From Euryarchaeota archaeon UBA186 (GTDB lineage: Archaea > Thermoplasmatota > UBA186): DNA of 53,535 bases. The DNA lies in NCBI GenBank assembly GCA_002494765.1, contig DACJ01000072.1, positions 1-53,535 of the forward strand, written 5' to 3'. Position numbers and translations under genes: made by a program. The notes beneath the pieces were generated by a model. That model was given only the letters and a program-made list of their open reading frames with translations, was not told the origin of the DNA and made no database searches. Of this stretch, positions 1 to 10,248 are shown piece by piece. Every line of letters starts with the position of its first letter. Positions within the stretch are counted from its first letter, which is position 1.

Positions 1-834
1 TGCTTTTTCGTTCCAAGGCGGGAGGTACAGGCCAAAATGCCCAGTTGGGAACACGATGAGTTCTTTTTCAACCGGTATTTTCTCGTATGCTCTTTTAGCT
101 ATATCTACTGGCGTCGTTTCGTCCTTCTCACCGCCTATGATCTTTACCGGTTTTCCAACGTATGGGGCGTAAGACTCCGGTACGTAGCTAATTATTTTCG
201 GTATGCTGTCCATTGTTACCATATTTTTGTATGTTGGGAAGAGTTCTTCAGCTTTGGAGAAGAATTCATATGCTTCCTCGGTAGGTAAGACTGCTGCCAT
301 CTCTTCAGAGACAACCGGCCAAGTTACAGTCGAAGGTTCACCGCTGCTATAGTTTCCTAGAAGTGACCTAGACGCTATATACAGAGAGGTCAGGCCTCCA
401 TAGTACCTGATGGCAAGTTCCATCGAATTTGTATTTGGGAGTTGAGCGACCCCACAGCAGAATAGGTCGGTCGTAGCCAGTAGAGTTATGACGTGAGCTC
501 CGCTAAAGCTCGTGCCCCAAACACAGATTTTATCCGGATCAACGTAATCCAGCTTCAGTAGGTAATTGGTCGCACATTTATAGTCCAGAAGTTGCTCATC
601 AGGCCAAAGTCTCTGCCTGGGCTCTCCCGGACTTTCTCCAAAAAACCTGTAGTCGAAGAGTAGGACCACAAAGCCTCTTTTAGCCCAGTATTCAGCGAAA
701 AAGGGGAGGTACATCTCTTTCACAGCTGAGAGTCCATGTGCCATGACTATAGCCGGGTGTTTCCCCTCAACATCGGGTCTATAAAGGAGGGCAGAACACT
801 CAAGCCCGTCACTCAAAAACCTTATTCTCTCCAT
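1..834 (-). CDS. alpha/beta-fold hydrolase (esterase/dienelactone-hydrolase-like); C-terminus runs off the window edge
   Basis: Absent from the ORF track because there is no stop in the window. Own reverse-strand translation from ATG at 834-832: MERIRFLSDGLECSALLYRPDVEGKHPAIVMAHG...VWGTSFSGAHV (G-x-S-x-G elbow)...FPTGHFGLY. The frame stays open to base 1. Track ORF 37..288 + is antisense to it. Confidence 0.6.
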   Translation of the reverse strand, partial: MERIRFLSDGLECSALLYRPDVEGKHPAIVMAHGLSAVKEMYLPFFAEYWAKRGFVVLLFDYRFFGESPGEPRQRLWPDEQLLDYKCATNYLLKLDYVDPDKICVWGTSFSGAHVITLLATTDLFCCGVAQLPNTNSMELAIRYYGGLTSLYIASRSLLGNYSSGEPSTVTWPVVSEEMAAVLPTEEAYEFFSKAEELFPTYKNMVTMDSIPKIISYVPESYAPYVGKPVKIIGGEKDETTPVDIAKRAYEKIPVEKELIVFPTGHFGLYLPPWNEKA

Positions 835-1308
835 GTTTCAAATTAGTATATTCGCCATATAAGCCTTCCGAGCTTTTTTGTAATTAACCTCAAATCGGAG
901 AGCAACAATTTAGAATGATGAGCAAAAAATCTTTTTAACTTGCATCTTATTCCCCCATGTGAAAAGAGCTCAGTGAGCTGCTCTATAGTCCGAAAAGCGC
1001 TAAACAGTAGCATGACCCCCCACATAAGGCGAATCGATAACACAGAAACCCAATCGAATGGCAAATCTTAAATACTGCTTTGTGTTAAGAAGCCAGGCAG
1101 TTGACAGTCATGAGCACCAAAATCCCAACTTCGAGCGTTTCGCATTCTTTGATTGGGATTATTATCATACTTTTGTAAAGATAATTTGTGGGAGGTTTTT
1201 ATGAAGAAACGATCTTCTTCTGTGGATTCTATGGTTCGTCGCTATCGATTCGGTGGTTTAAGGTTAGCTCAGGGCAGACGCGATATTTTGAAGGGCGGGA
1301 GGATGTAA

Positions 1309-2550
1309 ATGGGCAGAACAATAGCTGAAAAGATTTTATCTGACAGGTCAGGCATGATGGCGGTGCCAGGAGATATAGTGGAAGCGGCAGTAGACTACCT
1401 GATGGTGAACGATGTCACCGGTTTACCTGCTTTCGAGGAGTTCGAGAAATTAAAAGTTAAGCCGCTTATAGATAAACTGGTCTTGATCCCCGATCACTAC
1501 GTCCCAAACAAGGATATACCATCGGCAAAACAGGCGCTAGCGATGCGGGAGTTCGCGAGAAAATACGGGGTAAAAAACTACTTCGAGGTCGGGAGAGGAG
1601 GGATCTGCCATCAGGTGATGATCGAGAAGGGTTTCGTCGCCCCGGGAAGGCTGATCGTAGGGGCGGATTCCCATACCTGCACATACGGCGCTTTAGGGTC
1701 GTTCGCGACGGGGATAGGCAGCACGGAGGCAGCCGCCATTATGGCCATGGGCAAGTTATGGTTCAGAGTGCCGGAAAGCCAGAAGTTCATCTTGGAAGGG
1801 GAGCCGAAGAGATACGTTTGCGGCAAGGATATCATACTGAATATAATTGGCGATATAGGAGTGGACGGATCGCTCTACAAATCGATGGAATTTTATTCTG
1901 CCTTTAAGTTGCCACTCCCAGACAGGATAACGATTTCCAACATGAGCGTGGAGGCCGGCGCTAAGGCCAGCATATTCCCGCCGGATGAAAAGGTGTTCGA
2001 TTATCTCGAAGATAGGGTAAAATATAAACCGGTTTTCGCGGATCCCGATGCGGATTATTCGGATACTTTTCACTATGCCCTAAGCGACATGGTGCCTACC
2101 GTGGCAAAGCCCCCCCTCCCCAGCAACACGGTTCCAGCATCGGAGTGCAATATCGAGATAGACCAGGCCTACCTGGGCTCTTGCACAAACGGAAGAATAG
2201 AAGATCTTCGTATGGCGGCCGAGATCTTGAAAGGGAATAAAGTTCACGAGGATGTCAGGTTGATAATAGTCCCCGCGAGCCAAAGAATCTATGCACGGGC
2301 AATGCGGGAAGGCTTATTCGAGATCTTTCTCGAATCCGGTGCATTCATCTCGGGTCCAACCTGCGGTGCTTGTTTAGGGGGGCACATGGGCGTACTGGCC
2401 CCGGGCGAAAAATGTGTCAGCACCACCAACCGCAATTTCGTGGGAAGGATGGGGGATGCGAAATCGGAGGTTTATCTCGCCTCGCCGGCCACCGTCGCAG
2501 CGAGCGCTGTAAAAGGAAGGATCGTCGATCCCAAAGAGGTGAAGCCATGA
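1309..2550 (+). CDS. leuC: aconitase-family dehydratase large subunit (3-isopropylmalate / citramalate isomerase, archaeal short type)
   Basis: 413 aa with GADSHTCTYGALG, GSCTNGR and TTNRNFVGRMG Fe-S/aconitase motifs. SD GGGAGG lies 7 nt upstream. ATGA overlap with the small subunit gene. Confidence 0.85.
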   Translation: MGRTIAEKILSDRSGMMAVPGDIVEAAVDYLMVNDVTGLPAFEEFEKLKVKPLIDKLVLIPDHYVPNKDIPSAKQALAMREFARKYGVKNYFEVGRGGICHQVMIEKGFVAPGRLIVGADSHTCTYGALGSFATGIGSTEAAAIMAMGKLWFRVPESQKFILEGEPKRYVCGKDIILNIIGDIGVDGSLYKSMEFYSAFKLPLPDRITISNMSVEAGAKASIFPPDEKVFDYLEDRVKYKPVFADPDADYSDTFHYALSDMVPTVAKPPLPSNTVPASECNIEIDQAYLGSCTNGRIEDLRMAAEILKGNKVHEDVRLIIVPASQRIYARAMREGLFEIFLESGAFISGPTCGACLGGHMGVLAPGEKCVSTTNRNFVGRMGDAKSEVYLASPATVAASAVKGRIVDPKEVKP

Positions 2551-3044
2551 AAGAGGTCATGAGAGGAAAAGCGTGGAAATTCCCCGATAATGTGGATACC
2601 GATCAGATAATACCCGCTGTGTACCTCGTCACCGGGGATCCAGGAGAACTTTCAAAACATGTCTTCGAAAAATTCCGGCCGGAATTTGCAAGGAAAATAG
2701 AGGTTGGAGACATTATAGTTGGGGGAAAGAATTTTGGCTATGGCTCTTCAAGAGAACATGCGGTAAGAGCGCTCATGGGCGCTGGGGTATCCTGCGTAAT
2801 AGCGAAGAGTTTTGCCCGTATATTCTACAGAAACTCCATCAACTTATGCTTCCCCCCAATAGAGTGCGATATGGACGTGAAAGAGGGCGATTTGCTGGAA
2901 GTGGAGCTCGCTAAAGGCGTAATCCGAAATCTCGCTAACGGTAGAAATTACCCTTTCACACCGTTCTCGCCATTTGCGCTCTCGATGATGAAAAAAGGGG
3001 GGTTGATGAGATATGTTGAGGAGGTCCTGTCATGTACAAAATAG
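2547..3044 (+). CDS. leuD: aconitase-family dehydratase small subunit
   Basis: Start moved to the internal ATG (MKEVMRGKAWKFPDNVDTDQIIP), which overlaps the leuC stop as ATGA. GGKNFGYGSSREHA motif. The upstream part of track ORF 2370..3044 is an out-of-frame overlap of leuC. Confidence 0.85.
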   Translation: MKEVMRGKAWKFPDNVDTDQIIPAVYLVTGDPGELSKHVFEKFRPEFARKIEVGDIIVGGKNFGYGSSREHAVRALMGAGVSCVIAKSFARIFYRNSINLCFPPIECDMDVKEGDLLEVELAKGVIRNLANGRNYPFTPFSPFALSMMKKGGLMRYVEEVLSCTK

Positions 3045-4177
3045 CCGTAATACCGGGTGATGGAGTCGGGCCGGAAGTGGTAAACGAAGGAATAAAAGTT
3101 CTGGATGCGCTCGTTGAACCTTATAGTATGGACTTCGATTTTACTTATTATCCAAACGGTGCTGAACACTATCTTAAAACTGGCGAAACCTTATCCAGAG
3201 AGCAACTCGATGAGATGGAAGAAATGAGCGCCATCTATTTCGGCGCGATCGGCGATCCCAGGGTAAAGCCAGGCATATTGGAAAAGGGCGTTTTGTTGAG
3301 GATAAGATCGCACTTCGATCAGTACGTCAACCTGAGACCCATAATCTCTTTCCCAGGGCTGATATGTCCTTTGAGGGACAAGACCTTCGAAGACGTGCAA
3401 TTCTATGTGGTCAGGGAAAATACCGAAGATTTCTACGTCGGTCTCGGCGCTCGGACCGATAAGAAAAAAGATGAACATAAACTCAGATTCAAAAAATATA
3501 ACATAAAATTTGATATCGAGATCGAACTCGATGACGAAAAAGAGATCGCATATCAGATCGGTTTAATCTCAAGAGAGGGGGCAGAGAGAATCATAAGATA
3601 CGCTTTTGAGCTCGCGAAGAAAAAGAATCGCAAGAAAGTCACCTCCATCGACAAGGCGAACGTCATGTCAGATATTTACGGATTATGGCGGGAAGTTTTC
3701 GATGAGATCGCAAGCGAGAAAGAAAATTCTGGAATCTCGACGGAGCGCCAATTCGTCGATAACGCAGCTATGCAGTTCGTGAAGGATCCAAAGCAGTACG
3801 AGGTGATCGTTGTTCCGAATATGTTTGGCGACATACTTACTGATCTTGGCGCCTCTATTCAGGGCAGCATCGGCATCGCATCGGGCGGGAACATAAACCC
3901 GGATGGGATAAGCATGTTCGAGCCGATTCATGGGAGCGCTCCGGATATAGCCGGTAAAGGAATCGCAAATCCTCTAGGCGCTATTTTAGCGGCGGGTATG
4001 ATGCTCGAAGAATTGAATGAATGTAAAGCATCTAACGCTATCCAGAGGGCGATTAAAAATGTGCTCTTTGAGGGCAAAGTTAGAACCCCGGATCTCGGGG
4101 GTAGAGCTAGCACTGGCGGTATGGGGGATGCCATCATAAAGGAGCTGATGAAAGATGATGAAGATAGAGATATATGA
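3032..4177 (+). CDS. leuB: 3-isopropylmalate dehydrogenase family (beta-decarboxylating dehydrogenase)
   Basis: MYKIAVIPGDGVGPEV N-terminus, NLRP, NMFGDILTDLGA and EPIHGSAPDIAGKGIANP motifs. 13-nt overlap with leuD. Confidence 0.85.
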   Translation: MYKIAVIPGDGVGPEVVNEGIKVLDALVEPYSMDFDFTYYPNGAEHYLKTGETLSREQLDEMEEMSAIYFGAIGDPRVKPGILEKGVLLRIRSHFDQYVNLRPIISFPGLICPLRDKTFEDVQFYVVRENTEDFYVGLGARTDKKKDEHKLRFKKYNIKFDIEIELDDEKEIAYQIGLISREGAERIIRYAFELAKKKNRKKVTSIDKANVMSDIYGLWREVFDEIASEKENSGISTERQFVDNAAMQFVKDPKQYEVIVVPNMFGDILTDLGASIQGSIGIASGGNINPDGISMFEPIHGSAPDIAGKGIANPLGAILAAGMMLEELNECKASNAIQRAIKNVLFEGKVRTPDLGGRASTGGMGDAIIKELMKDDEDRDI

Positions 4178-5726
4178 TACCACGCTGAGGGACGGAGCTC
4201 AGGCAGAGGGCATATCTTTTTCACTAAATGACAAGCTAAAGATCGCGAAGAAGCTTGATGAGCTGGGGATTCAATACATAGAAGGGGGTTGGCCTGGCTC
4301 CAACCCGAAGGATACTCTCTTCTTTAAAAAGATGGGGCACATAGAACTAGATAACGCCAAGATCGTCGCGTTTGGCAGCACCAGGAAGGCGAACACGGGC
4401 GTCGAAGAAGACGCTAGCATGAGATCCATACTGGATTCTGACGTTGATATCGCGACAATAGTTGGCAAGAGCTGGGATTTTCACGTCTCAGAAGTCATTA
4501 AAACTGAACTGGGGAAAAACCTGGATATGATCCGCGACTCGATACATTTTCTTCGCTCAAACGGGCTGGAAGTCATCTATGACGCGGAGCACTTCTTCGA
4601 TGGGTATAAGCGCAATGCGGATTACGCCCTACAAACCATAGAGGCCGCAAGATCCGCTGGCGCGAGGGTTATGGTGCTATGTGATACGAATGGGGGCTCC
4701 ATGCCATTCGAAATCGCAGAAATCATCGAAGAGGTGAAGAGAAAGATAGATGCACCACTGGGAATCCATACCCATAATGATACGGGCATGGCCGTCGCGA
4801 ATTCAATAATAGCCGTTAAGTCCGGCGCGATCCATATCCAGGGCACGATCAATGGATATGGGGAGCGCTCTGGAAACGCGAATTTATGCTCTATTCTCCC
4901 AGATCTAAAGCTAAAGATGGGGATGGACTGCGTTACGGATCTCCAGCTTAAGAGCATCACTGAGGTCTCAAGATACGTTAGTGAATTGGCCAATCTCATA
5001 CCGGCGAATAACCAGCCCTACGTCGGGAAAAGTGCCTTCACCCATAAAGCCGGAACTCATGTAGACGCCGTGTTAAAAAATACCAATGCTTATGAGCACA
5101 TCAACCCCGAACTGGTTGGAAACAGCAGACGCATGCTCGTTTCGGAGCTGGCCGGTAAGAAAAATATACTGTCAAAATTGAGAGATTACGGTATCGATCT
5201 GACCCTCGACTCTGGAAAGATCAAGGAAATCCTGGATACGGTCAAATCGCTTGAAAATAGCGGGTATCAGTTCGAAGGGGCGGAAGCATCGTTTGTGCTC
5301 CTGCTGAAAAGAGTTCTTGGAGATAATGGCTCTCTATTCGATACCGAAAGCTTTGAGGTGACGGTGAAAGGTGGTCATAAGGGGACCTCCGCAACAGCAA
5401 CCGTGGAGCTTGAGGTGGACGGAAAAATCGCCCGCGCAAGTTCTGCCGGAGATGGCCCAGTCAACGCTTTGGATAGAGCACTGAGAAAAGTTTTAGCCCC
5501 ATTGTACCCGGAGTTGAAAACGATCAGATTGACCGACTATAAGGTGCGAGTACTTGACGCGAAGGGAGGGACCGCGTCCAAGGTCAGGGTATTAATCGAC
5601 TCGAGCGATGGGAAAAAGACCTGGAGCACCGTCGGGATATCAAGTAACATCGTCGAAGCTAGTTGGCATGCGATGGTCGATGGCTTGAAGTATGCAATCG
5701 ATAGTGAAAAAAAAGAAGAGATTTAG
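4155..5726 (+). CDS. cimA: (R)-citramalate synthase / LeuA-family 2-oxoacid-acetyl-CoA condensing enzyme with C-terminal regulatory domain
   Basis: IYDTTLRDGAQAEGISF...YIEGGWPGSNPKD N-terminus, typical of the long CimA-type LeuA relatives. HTHNDTGMAVAN metal site. Overlaps the leuB end, so it is the fourth gene of the operon. Confidence 0.7.
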   Translation: MMKIEIYDTTLRDGAQAEGISFSLNDKLKIAKKLDELGIQYIEGGWPGSNPKDTLFFKKMGHIELDNAKIVAFGSTRKANTGVEEDASMRSILDSDVDIATIVGKSWDFHVSEVIKTELGKNLDMIRDSIHFLRSNGLEVIYDAEHFFDGYKRNADYALQTIEAARSAGARVMVLCDTNGGSMPFEIAEIIEEVKRKIDAPLGIHTHNDTGMAVANSIIAVKSGAIHIQGTINGYGERSGNANLCSILPDLKLKMGMDCVTDLQLKSITEVSRYVSELANLIPANNQPYVGKSAFTHKAGTHVDAVLKNTNAYEHINPELVGNSRRMLVSELAGKKNILSKLRDYGIDLTLDSGKIKEILDTVKSLENSGYQFEGAEASFVLLLKRVLGDNGSLFDTESFEVTVKGGHKGTSATATVELEVDGKIARASSAGDGPVNALDRALRKVLAPLYPELKTIRLTDYKVRVLDAKGGTASKVRVLIDSSDGKKTWSTVGISSNIVEASWHAMVDGLKYAIDSEKKEEI

Positions 5727-5739
5727 ATAAATAACAAAG

Positions 5740-5750
5740 TTTATATCGCA
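5740..5750 (+). promoter_or_regulatory. TATA-box-like element TTTATATCGCA upstream of serA
   Basis: Lies 29 nt upstream of the serA ATG, implying a leaderless or very short leader. The identical 11-mer occurs upstream of ilvD (7402..7412). Confidence 0.4.
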
Positions 5751-5768
5751 GGTTCACATGCAATTCCG

Positions 5769-7352
5769 ATGAAAGTCCTGGTTGCCAGCAACGTATCGGA
5801 AGAAGCGATCGATGCGATGAAAAAATCCGGGCTGGACGTTGAGGTGAAGGGAGAGATCAGTGAAGATCAGCTCAAAAAAATTATAGGGAGATATGATGCC
5901 CTGATCGTCAGAAGCAAACCCAGAGTGACGAACGAAGTTCTGGATAAAGCCAAGAAACTTAAGATCATAGGGAGGGCTGGAATAGGATTGGACAACATAG
6001 CCGTCGAAACGGCAACCCAGAAGGGCATAATCGTCGTCAACGCTCCTGGTGGGAATACCGTCTCAACTGCTGAGCTAACTATGGGTGCAATACTTTGCGC
6101 ATCGAGAAAGATATCTCAGGCGGAGAGGAGTGTTAAAGAGGGGGGATGGGAGAGGTCCAAATTCGTCGGCATGGAGTTGAGGGGAAAAACCCTGGGGATC
6201 ATAGGATTGGGCAGGGTAGGATATGAGGTCGCAAAGAGGGCAAAAGCTTTCGAAATGAGGATGACGGCCTATGATCCATACATAAGTGAGGACAAAGCAA
6301 GGGAGATTGGAGTCGAGCTGGTGAACTTCGACGACATCATTTCGAATTCGGATATCATCACGGTTCACGTTCCAAAGACGAAAGAAACCGAAGGGGCGAT
6401 CTCGAAGAAACAATTTGAAAAAATGAGGGATGGCGCCTACATAATAAATTGCGCGAGGGGCGGGATAGTGGATGAGGGAGCTCTCTATGAGGCGATCATG
6501 AGCAAAAAGGTCGCTGGAGCCGCTCTGGATGCCTATGAAAAGGAACCGCCTGGTGACAGTAAGCTTCTTAGTCTGGATAGTGTCGTCACAACCCCCCACA
6601 TAGGGGCTTCAACCAAAGAAGCTCAAATGGAGGTGGGGAAGATAATTGCCGAAGACATAATAAACTTTGCAAAGGGGGCGCCAGTGAGAAATGCAGTAAA
6701 TTTGCCCCCCTTAAAGCCAGAAGAACTCGAATATCTGATGCCATACATAAAACTCGCGGAAAGGATGGGGAAAATCGGATCTGCGAGACTTCCTGAAGGA
6801 TTCAAAAAAGTCAGGGTAACGTTCAAGGGCAAACTCGCGGGAAGAGACAGTTCATATGTGACCAGATCCCTGCTTCGGGGTTTGCTTGAACACGCGCTTG
6901 GAGATGAAGTAAACCTGGTCTCCTCGGTCTCGATGGCTAAAGAGAGGGGAATAAGCGTCGAGGAGACGAAGAGCGAAGATTCGGATAGCTATGAAAGCTT
7001 GCTCGAAGCAGAGGTCGTAGGGAATGAGAAAAGCATCTATCTGAGTGGAACGAGCTTCGGAAAAGAGGATTACCGAGTCATTAAGATCGACAAGTACAAA
7101 GTGGACTTCGTGCCAAGGGGGCATTATGTCATCTCGATGCATGAGGACAGGCCTGGTGTGATAGGAAGAGTCGCGACGCTCTTCGGGCAACACGGGATAA
7201 ATATAGCTGGAATGGTCGTTGGGAGATCTAGCGAGGGACCTGGGGGGGTGCAGCTAATGCTCCTGCTCGTCGATGAACCCCCCAATAAAGAGGTTCTTGA
7301 GGAGATGGTGGCCATAGATGGGATAATCGATGGGGTGCTTGTACAACTTTGA
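5769..7352 (+). CDS. serA: D-3-phosphoglycerate dehydrogenase (long form with ASB/ACT C-terminus)
   Basis: 527 aa. GIGLDNI, NAD-binding GIIGLGRVGYEVA and CARGGIVDE motifs. C-terminal regulatory region ends HEDRPGVIGRVATLFGQHGINIAGM (ACT-like). Confidence 0.85.
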   Translation: MKVLVASNVSEEAIDAMKKSGLDVEVKGEISEDQLKKIIGRYDALIVRSKPRVTNEVLDKAKKLKIIGRAGIGLDNIAVETATQKGIIVVNAPGGNTVSTAELTMGAILCASRKISQAERSVKEGGWERSKFVGMELRGKTLGIIGLGRVGYEVAKRAKAFEMRMTAYDPYISEDKAREIGVELVNFDDIISNSDIITVHVPKTKETEGAISKKQFEKMRDGAYIINCARGGIVDEGALYEAIMSKKVAGAALDAYEKEPPGDSKLLSLDSVVTTPHIGASTKEAQMEVGKIIAEDIINFAKGAPVRNAVNLPPLKPEELEYLMPYIKLAERMGKIGSARLPEGFKKVRVTFKGKLAGRDSSYVTRSLLRGLLEHALGDEVNLVSSVSMAKERGISVEETKSEDSDSYESLLEAEVVGNEKSIYLSGTSFGKEDYRVIKIDKYKVDFVPRGHYVISMHEDRPGVIGRVATLFGQHGINIAGMVVGRSSEGPGGVQLMLLLVDEPPNKEVLEEMVAIDGIIDGVLVQL

Positions 7353-7401
7353 GTCTTTCGAGGTGGAAAAATATCATTTACATAGCTACCTAGCGACAAA
7401 T

Positions 7402-7412
7402 TTTATATCGCA
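7402..7412 (+). promoter_or_regulatory. TATA-box-like element TTTATATCGCA upstream of ilvD
   Basis: Lies 26 nt upstream of the ilvD ATG. Same 11-mer as upstream of serA. Confidence 0.4.
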
Positions 7413-7427
7413 TTTGGTCTCATAGAC

Positions 7428-9071
7428 ATGTCTATCATGAAAATGAAGAGCTGGAACGCCACAAAAGGCGTCGATCGGGCGCCCAATCGTTCTTTGTTTA
7501 ACGCTCTGGGAGTAAAGGACGAAGAGCTTCAAGGCCCGGTAATAGGCGTGGCGAATTCGTGGAACGAGCTCGTCCCCGGTCATGTTCATTTACGCGAGGT
7601 ATCAAAAGCGGTTAAGCGTGGCATCGCGAAGAAAGGGCTGGGCCTGGAATTCAACACCATAGCGCTTTGTGATGGCATAGCGATGGGGCACGAGGGGATG
7701 AAGGCGCCTTTACCGAGCAGAGAGGTGATAGCAGATTCCATAGAGCTCACTTCCCTGGCTTATCAATTCGACGGTCTCGTTCTAATAGCCAGTTGCGATA
7801 AGATAGTTCCGGGCATGCTCATGGGCGCTTTTAGGGTAAACATCCCGACGATAATGGTTACCGGGGGGCCCATGCTCCCGGGGGAGCTAAACGGCGAAAA
7901 GATGGATTATTCGACGGTTTTTGAGGCCCTTGCCAGGTACAAGGAAGGGAAGATAGATGAAAACGAGCTATACGCGATTCAGTGCAATGCTTGCCCCGGC
8001 GCTGGCTCCTGTGCGGGGATGTTCACCGCGAACACGATGGCCTGCGTAACCGAGGCGCTGGGGGTGAGTTTGAAAGATTGCGCTACTGCCCATGCGGTCA
8101 GCGGCAAGAAATTAAGAATTGCTGAAAAAACGGGAGAAAGGGCAGTTGAACTGGTGAAAAAGGGGGTAAAGCCCTCTGACATATTGACTTCCAACTCATT
8201 TGAAAACGCTATGATTGTGGATCTAGCCCTGGGTGGTTCTACCAATACCGTCCTCCACCTGCTGGCTTTGGCTTATGAAGCTGGAGTGGATTTTGGTTTG
8301 GAGGATATAGATCGATTATCCAGAAAGGTCCCACAGCTGGTGGACATGAGCCCGGGAGGGCCGCACAGGATGATAGATCTGGATCGAGCTGGGGGGGTTC
8401 CCGCGATCATGGGCGAACTGGAGAAACACATCCACCTGAACGAGCTAACGGTCGATGGGCTTTTAAAGGGAAGGCTGGGCAAATCGAGGGGGGAGGTGAT
8501 TAAAACCCTGGAAAACCCCGTAAGAGGCAGCAGCCTCGTAGTTTTGAAGGGGAATCTCGCCACGGATGGGGCGGTCATAAAGACCAAGGGGCTGGCAAAG
8601 GATGTGTACAGGGGCGCTGCCAGGGTGTTCAACGGAGAGGAAGAAGCGGTAGCCACTCTAGATGCGGGAAAAATAGAAGAAGGCGACATCATAGTGATAA
8701 GGTATGAAGGGCCAAAAGGCGGCCCTGGTATGAGAGAAATGCTCGCAGCTACCTCTAGAATAAGCGGTGGTAGACTGGATGGTAAAGTCGCTCTGGTGAC
8801 AGATGGCAGGTTCAGCGGAGCGAGTAGAGGCGCTGCGGTTGGCCACGTGTCTCCTGAGGCCGCTGAGGGGGGCCCGATAGCGGTGGTTAGAGACGGGGAT
8901 AAGATCGCCATAGATCTCGCAAGTCGTGAGCTTAACGTCGATATAGATAGAGAAGAGATGGAAAAAAGACTCAAGGGCTGGAAGAGACCCAAACCCAAAG
9001 TCGAGAAAGGGGTTTTGTTTCGATACTCCTCGCTGGTGAGCTCCGCGAACAGAGGCGCTGTATTGAAGTAG
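7428..9071 (+). CDS. ilvD: dihydroxy-acid dehydratase
   Basis: 547 aa. [26 protein letters not shown] and [11 protein letters not shown] motifs. Confidence 0.9.
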   Translation: MSIMKMKSWNATKGVDRAPNRSLFNALGVKDEELQGPVIGVANSWNELVPGHVHLREVSKAVKRGIAKKGLGLEFNTIALCDGIAMGHEGMKAPLPSREVIADSIELTSLAYQFDGLVLIASCDKIVPGMLMGAFRVNIPTIMVTGGPMLPGELNGEKMDYSTVFEALARYKEGKIDENELYAIQCNACPGAGSCAGMFTANTMACVTEALGVSLKDCATAHAVSGKKLRIAEKTGERAVELVKKGVKPSDILTSNSFENAMIVDLALGGSTNTVLHLLALAYEAGVDFGLEDIDRLSRKVPQLVDMSPGGPHRMIDLDRAGGVPAIMGELEKHIHLNELTVDGLLKGRLGKSRGEVIKTLENPVRGSSLVVLKGNLATDGAVIKTKGLAKDVYRGAARVFNGEEEAVATLDAGKIEEGDIIVIRYEGPKGGPGMREMLAATSRISGGRLDGKVALVTDGRFSGASRGAAVGHVSPEAAEGGPIAVVRDGDKIAIDLASRELNVDIDREEMEKRLKGWKRPKPKVEKGVLFRYSSLVSSANRGAVLK

Positions 9072-9205
9072 AGTGAAGATCCTGGGACCATCCGATCTGA
9101 ATAATGAAGCTTTTGCAGAAATGTCGATCTATCAAAAGGATTTGCCAAGTCAATGGTCTATTCCCTCAAAGATAGTTTTAATAACCCCTTCTTAATCGTA
9201 AGCTT

Positions 9206-10240
9206 ATGGCCTCTATAGTGAGTTATGGCTCTTACATACCCAGATTCAGGGTGGAAGGAGGCGAAATATCCAGGGTCTGGGGACGTGACCTGAGAGTTGG
9301 AGTGATGACGAAAGCGATTCCAGGGCCAGATGAGGATACCATAACGATGGCCACCGAATCGGCGAGGAATTGTCTCAGATCAGTAGATCTGGATCTGGGG
9401 AAGGTCAGGGCGCTCTACATAGGTTCGGAGTCTCACCCCTATGCCGTAAAGCCCAGCGGTACCGTAGTAGCTGAAGCTTTGGGCATAACCCCCGATCTGT
9501 ACATGGCCGATCTCGAATTTGCCTGTAAAGCGGGAAGCACAGCTATTATCATATGCTCATCACAGGTGGATTCAGGCTTGATAGAGTATGGGTTGGCTAT
9601 AGGAGCGGATAAGGCCCAATCTTCTACCGTAGATGAGCTGGAATTCGCAACCGGTTCCGGTGCAGCTTCATTCTTAATCGGCAAGAAGGGCATAGTGGAT
9701 ATAGAGAGCATGAAATCCTATACGACCGATACCCCGGATTTCTGGAGGAGGGATGTCCAGAAGTATCCGAGTCATGGGGGGAGGTTCACGGGGGAGCCAG
9801 CCTACTTCAGGCACGTTACCGAGTGCGCGGAGTTGCTCATGTCAACTATGGGGACTGAAGCCAAAGATTTCAAATACGCGGTTTTTCATCAGCCCAATTT
9901 GAAGTTCCCCTCGAGTGTGGGAAAGAAGCTGGGGTTTAAAGAAGAGCAGCTTAGGCCCGGTTTACTGGTTCCAGAAATAGGAAATGCATATGCCGCCTCC
10001 TCTCTGCTTGGGTTGACCGCAGCCCTGGATGCGTCTGAACCGGGGGACAGAGTTCTACTGGTTAGTTATGGCTCGGGCGCTGGCTCGGATGCATTTCAAC
10101 TCTATGTCAACGATGAGATCGTGAAGTTTAGGGAGGTTAAAAATTCGAGGGGTATCAGAAACACCTCTTCTTATATCGAAGAGAAGGAGGTGCTGGACTA
10201 TTCCATATATGCGAAATACTCCGGGAGGTATCGGATATAG
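9206..10240 (+). CDS. archaeal hydroxymethylglutaryl-CoA synthase
   Basis: 344 aa. IVSYGSYIPRFRV N-terminus, catalytic Cys context LEFACKAGSTA, SYGSGAGSDAF. First gene of the HMGCS-thiolase-DUF35 trio. Confidence 0.85.
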   Translation: MASIVSYGSYIPRFRVEGGEISRVWGRDLRVGVMTKAIPGPDEDTITMATESARNCLRSVDLDLGKVRALYIGSESHPYAVKPSGTVVAEALGITPDLYMADLEFACKAGSTAIIICSSQVDSGLIEYGLAIGADKAQSSTVDELEFATGSGAASFLIGKKGIVDIESMKSYTTDTPDFWRRDVQKYPSHGGRFTGEPAYFRHVTECAELLMSTMGTEAKDFKYAVFHQPNLKFPSSVGKKLGFKEEQLRPGLLVPEIGNAYAASSLLGLTAALDASEPGDRVLLVSYGSGAGSDAFQLYVNDEIVKFREVKNSRGIRNTSSYIEEKEVLDYSIYAKYSGRYRI

Positions 10241-10248
10241 GTGATAGG

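Noticed and set aside
37-288. 83-aa plus-strand ORF at the window start
   Set aside because: Antisense to the 278-codon open frame of an alpha/beta hydrolase (1..834, minus strand), which has a clear G-x-S-x-G motif.
843-1064. 73-aa minus-strand ORF in the hydrolase/leuC divergent intergenic region
   Set aside because: No motifs, no SD or TATA context. It would begin inside the promoter region of leuC. Treated as non-coding.
2370-2546. 59-codon N-terminal extension of the leuD ORF in the track
   Set aside because: Arg/Gly-rich out-of-frame overlap of leuC. The internal ATG at 2547 gives the canonical small-subunit N-terminus and an ATGA junction.
8273-9148. 291-aa ORF on the minus strand inside ilvD
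   Set aside because: Fully antisense to a confidently identified ilvD. The translation is low-complexity and Ser/Pro/Leu-rich, as expected for the reverse frame of a GC-moderate gene. No start context or motifs.
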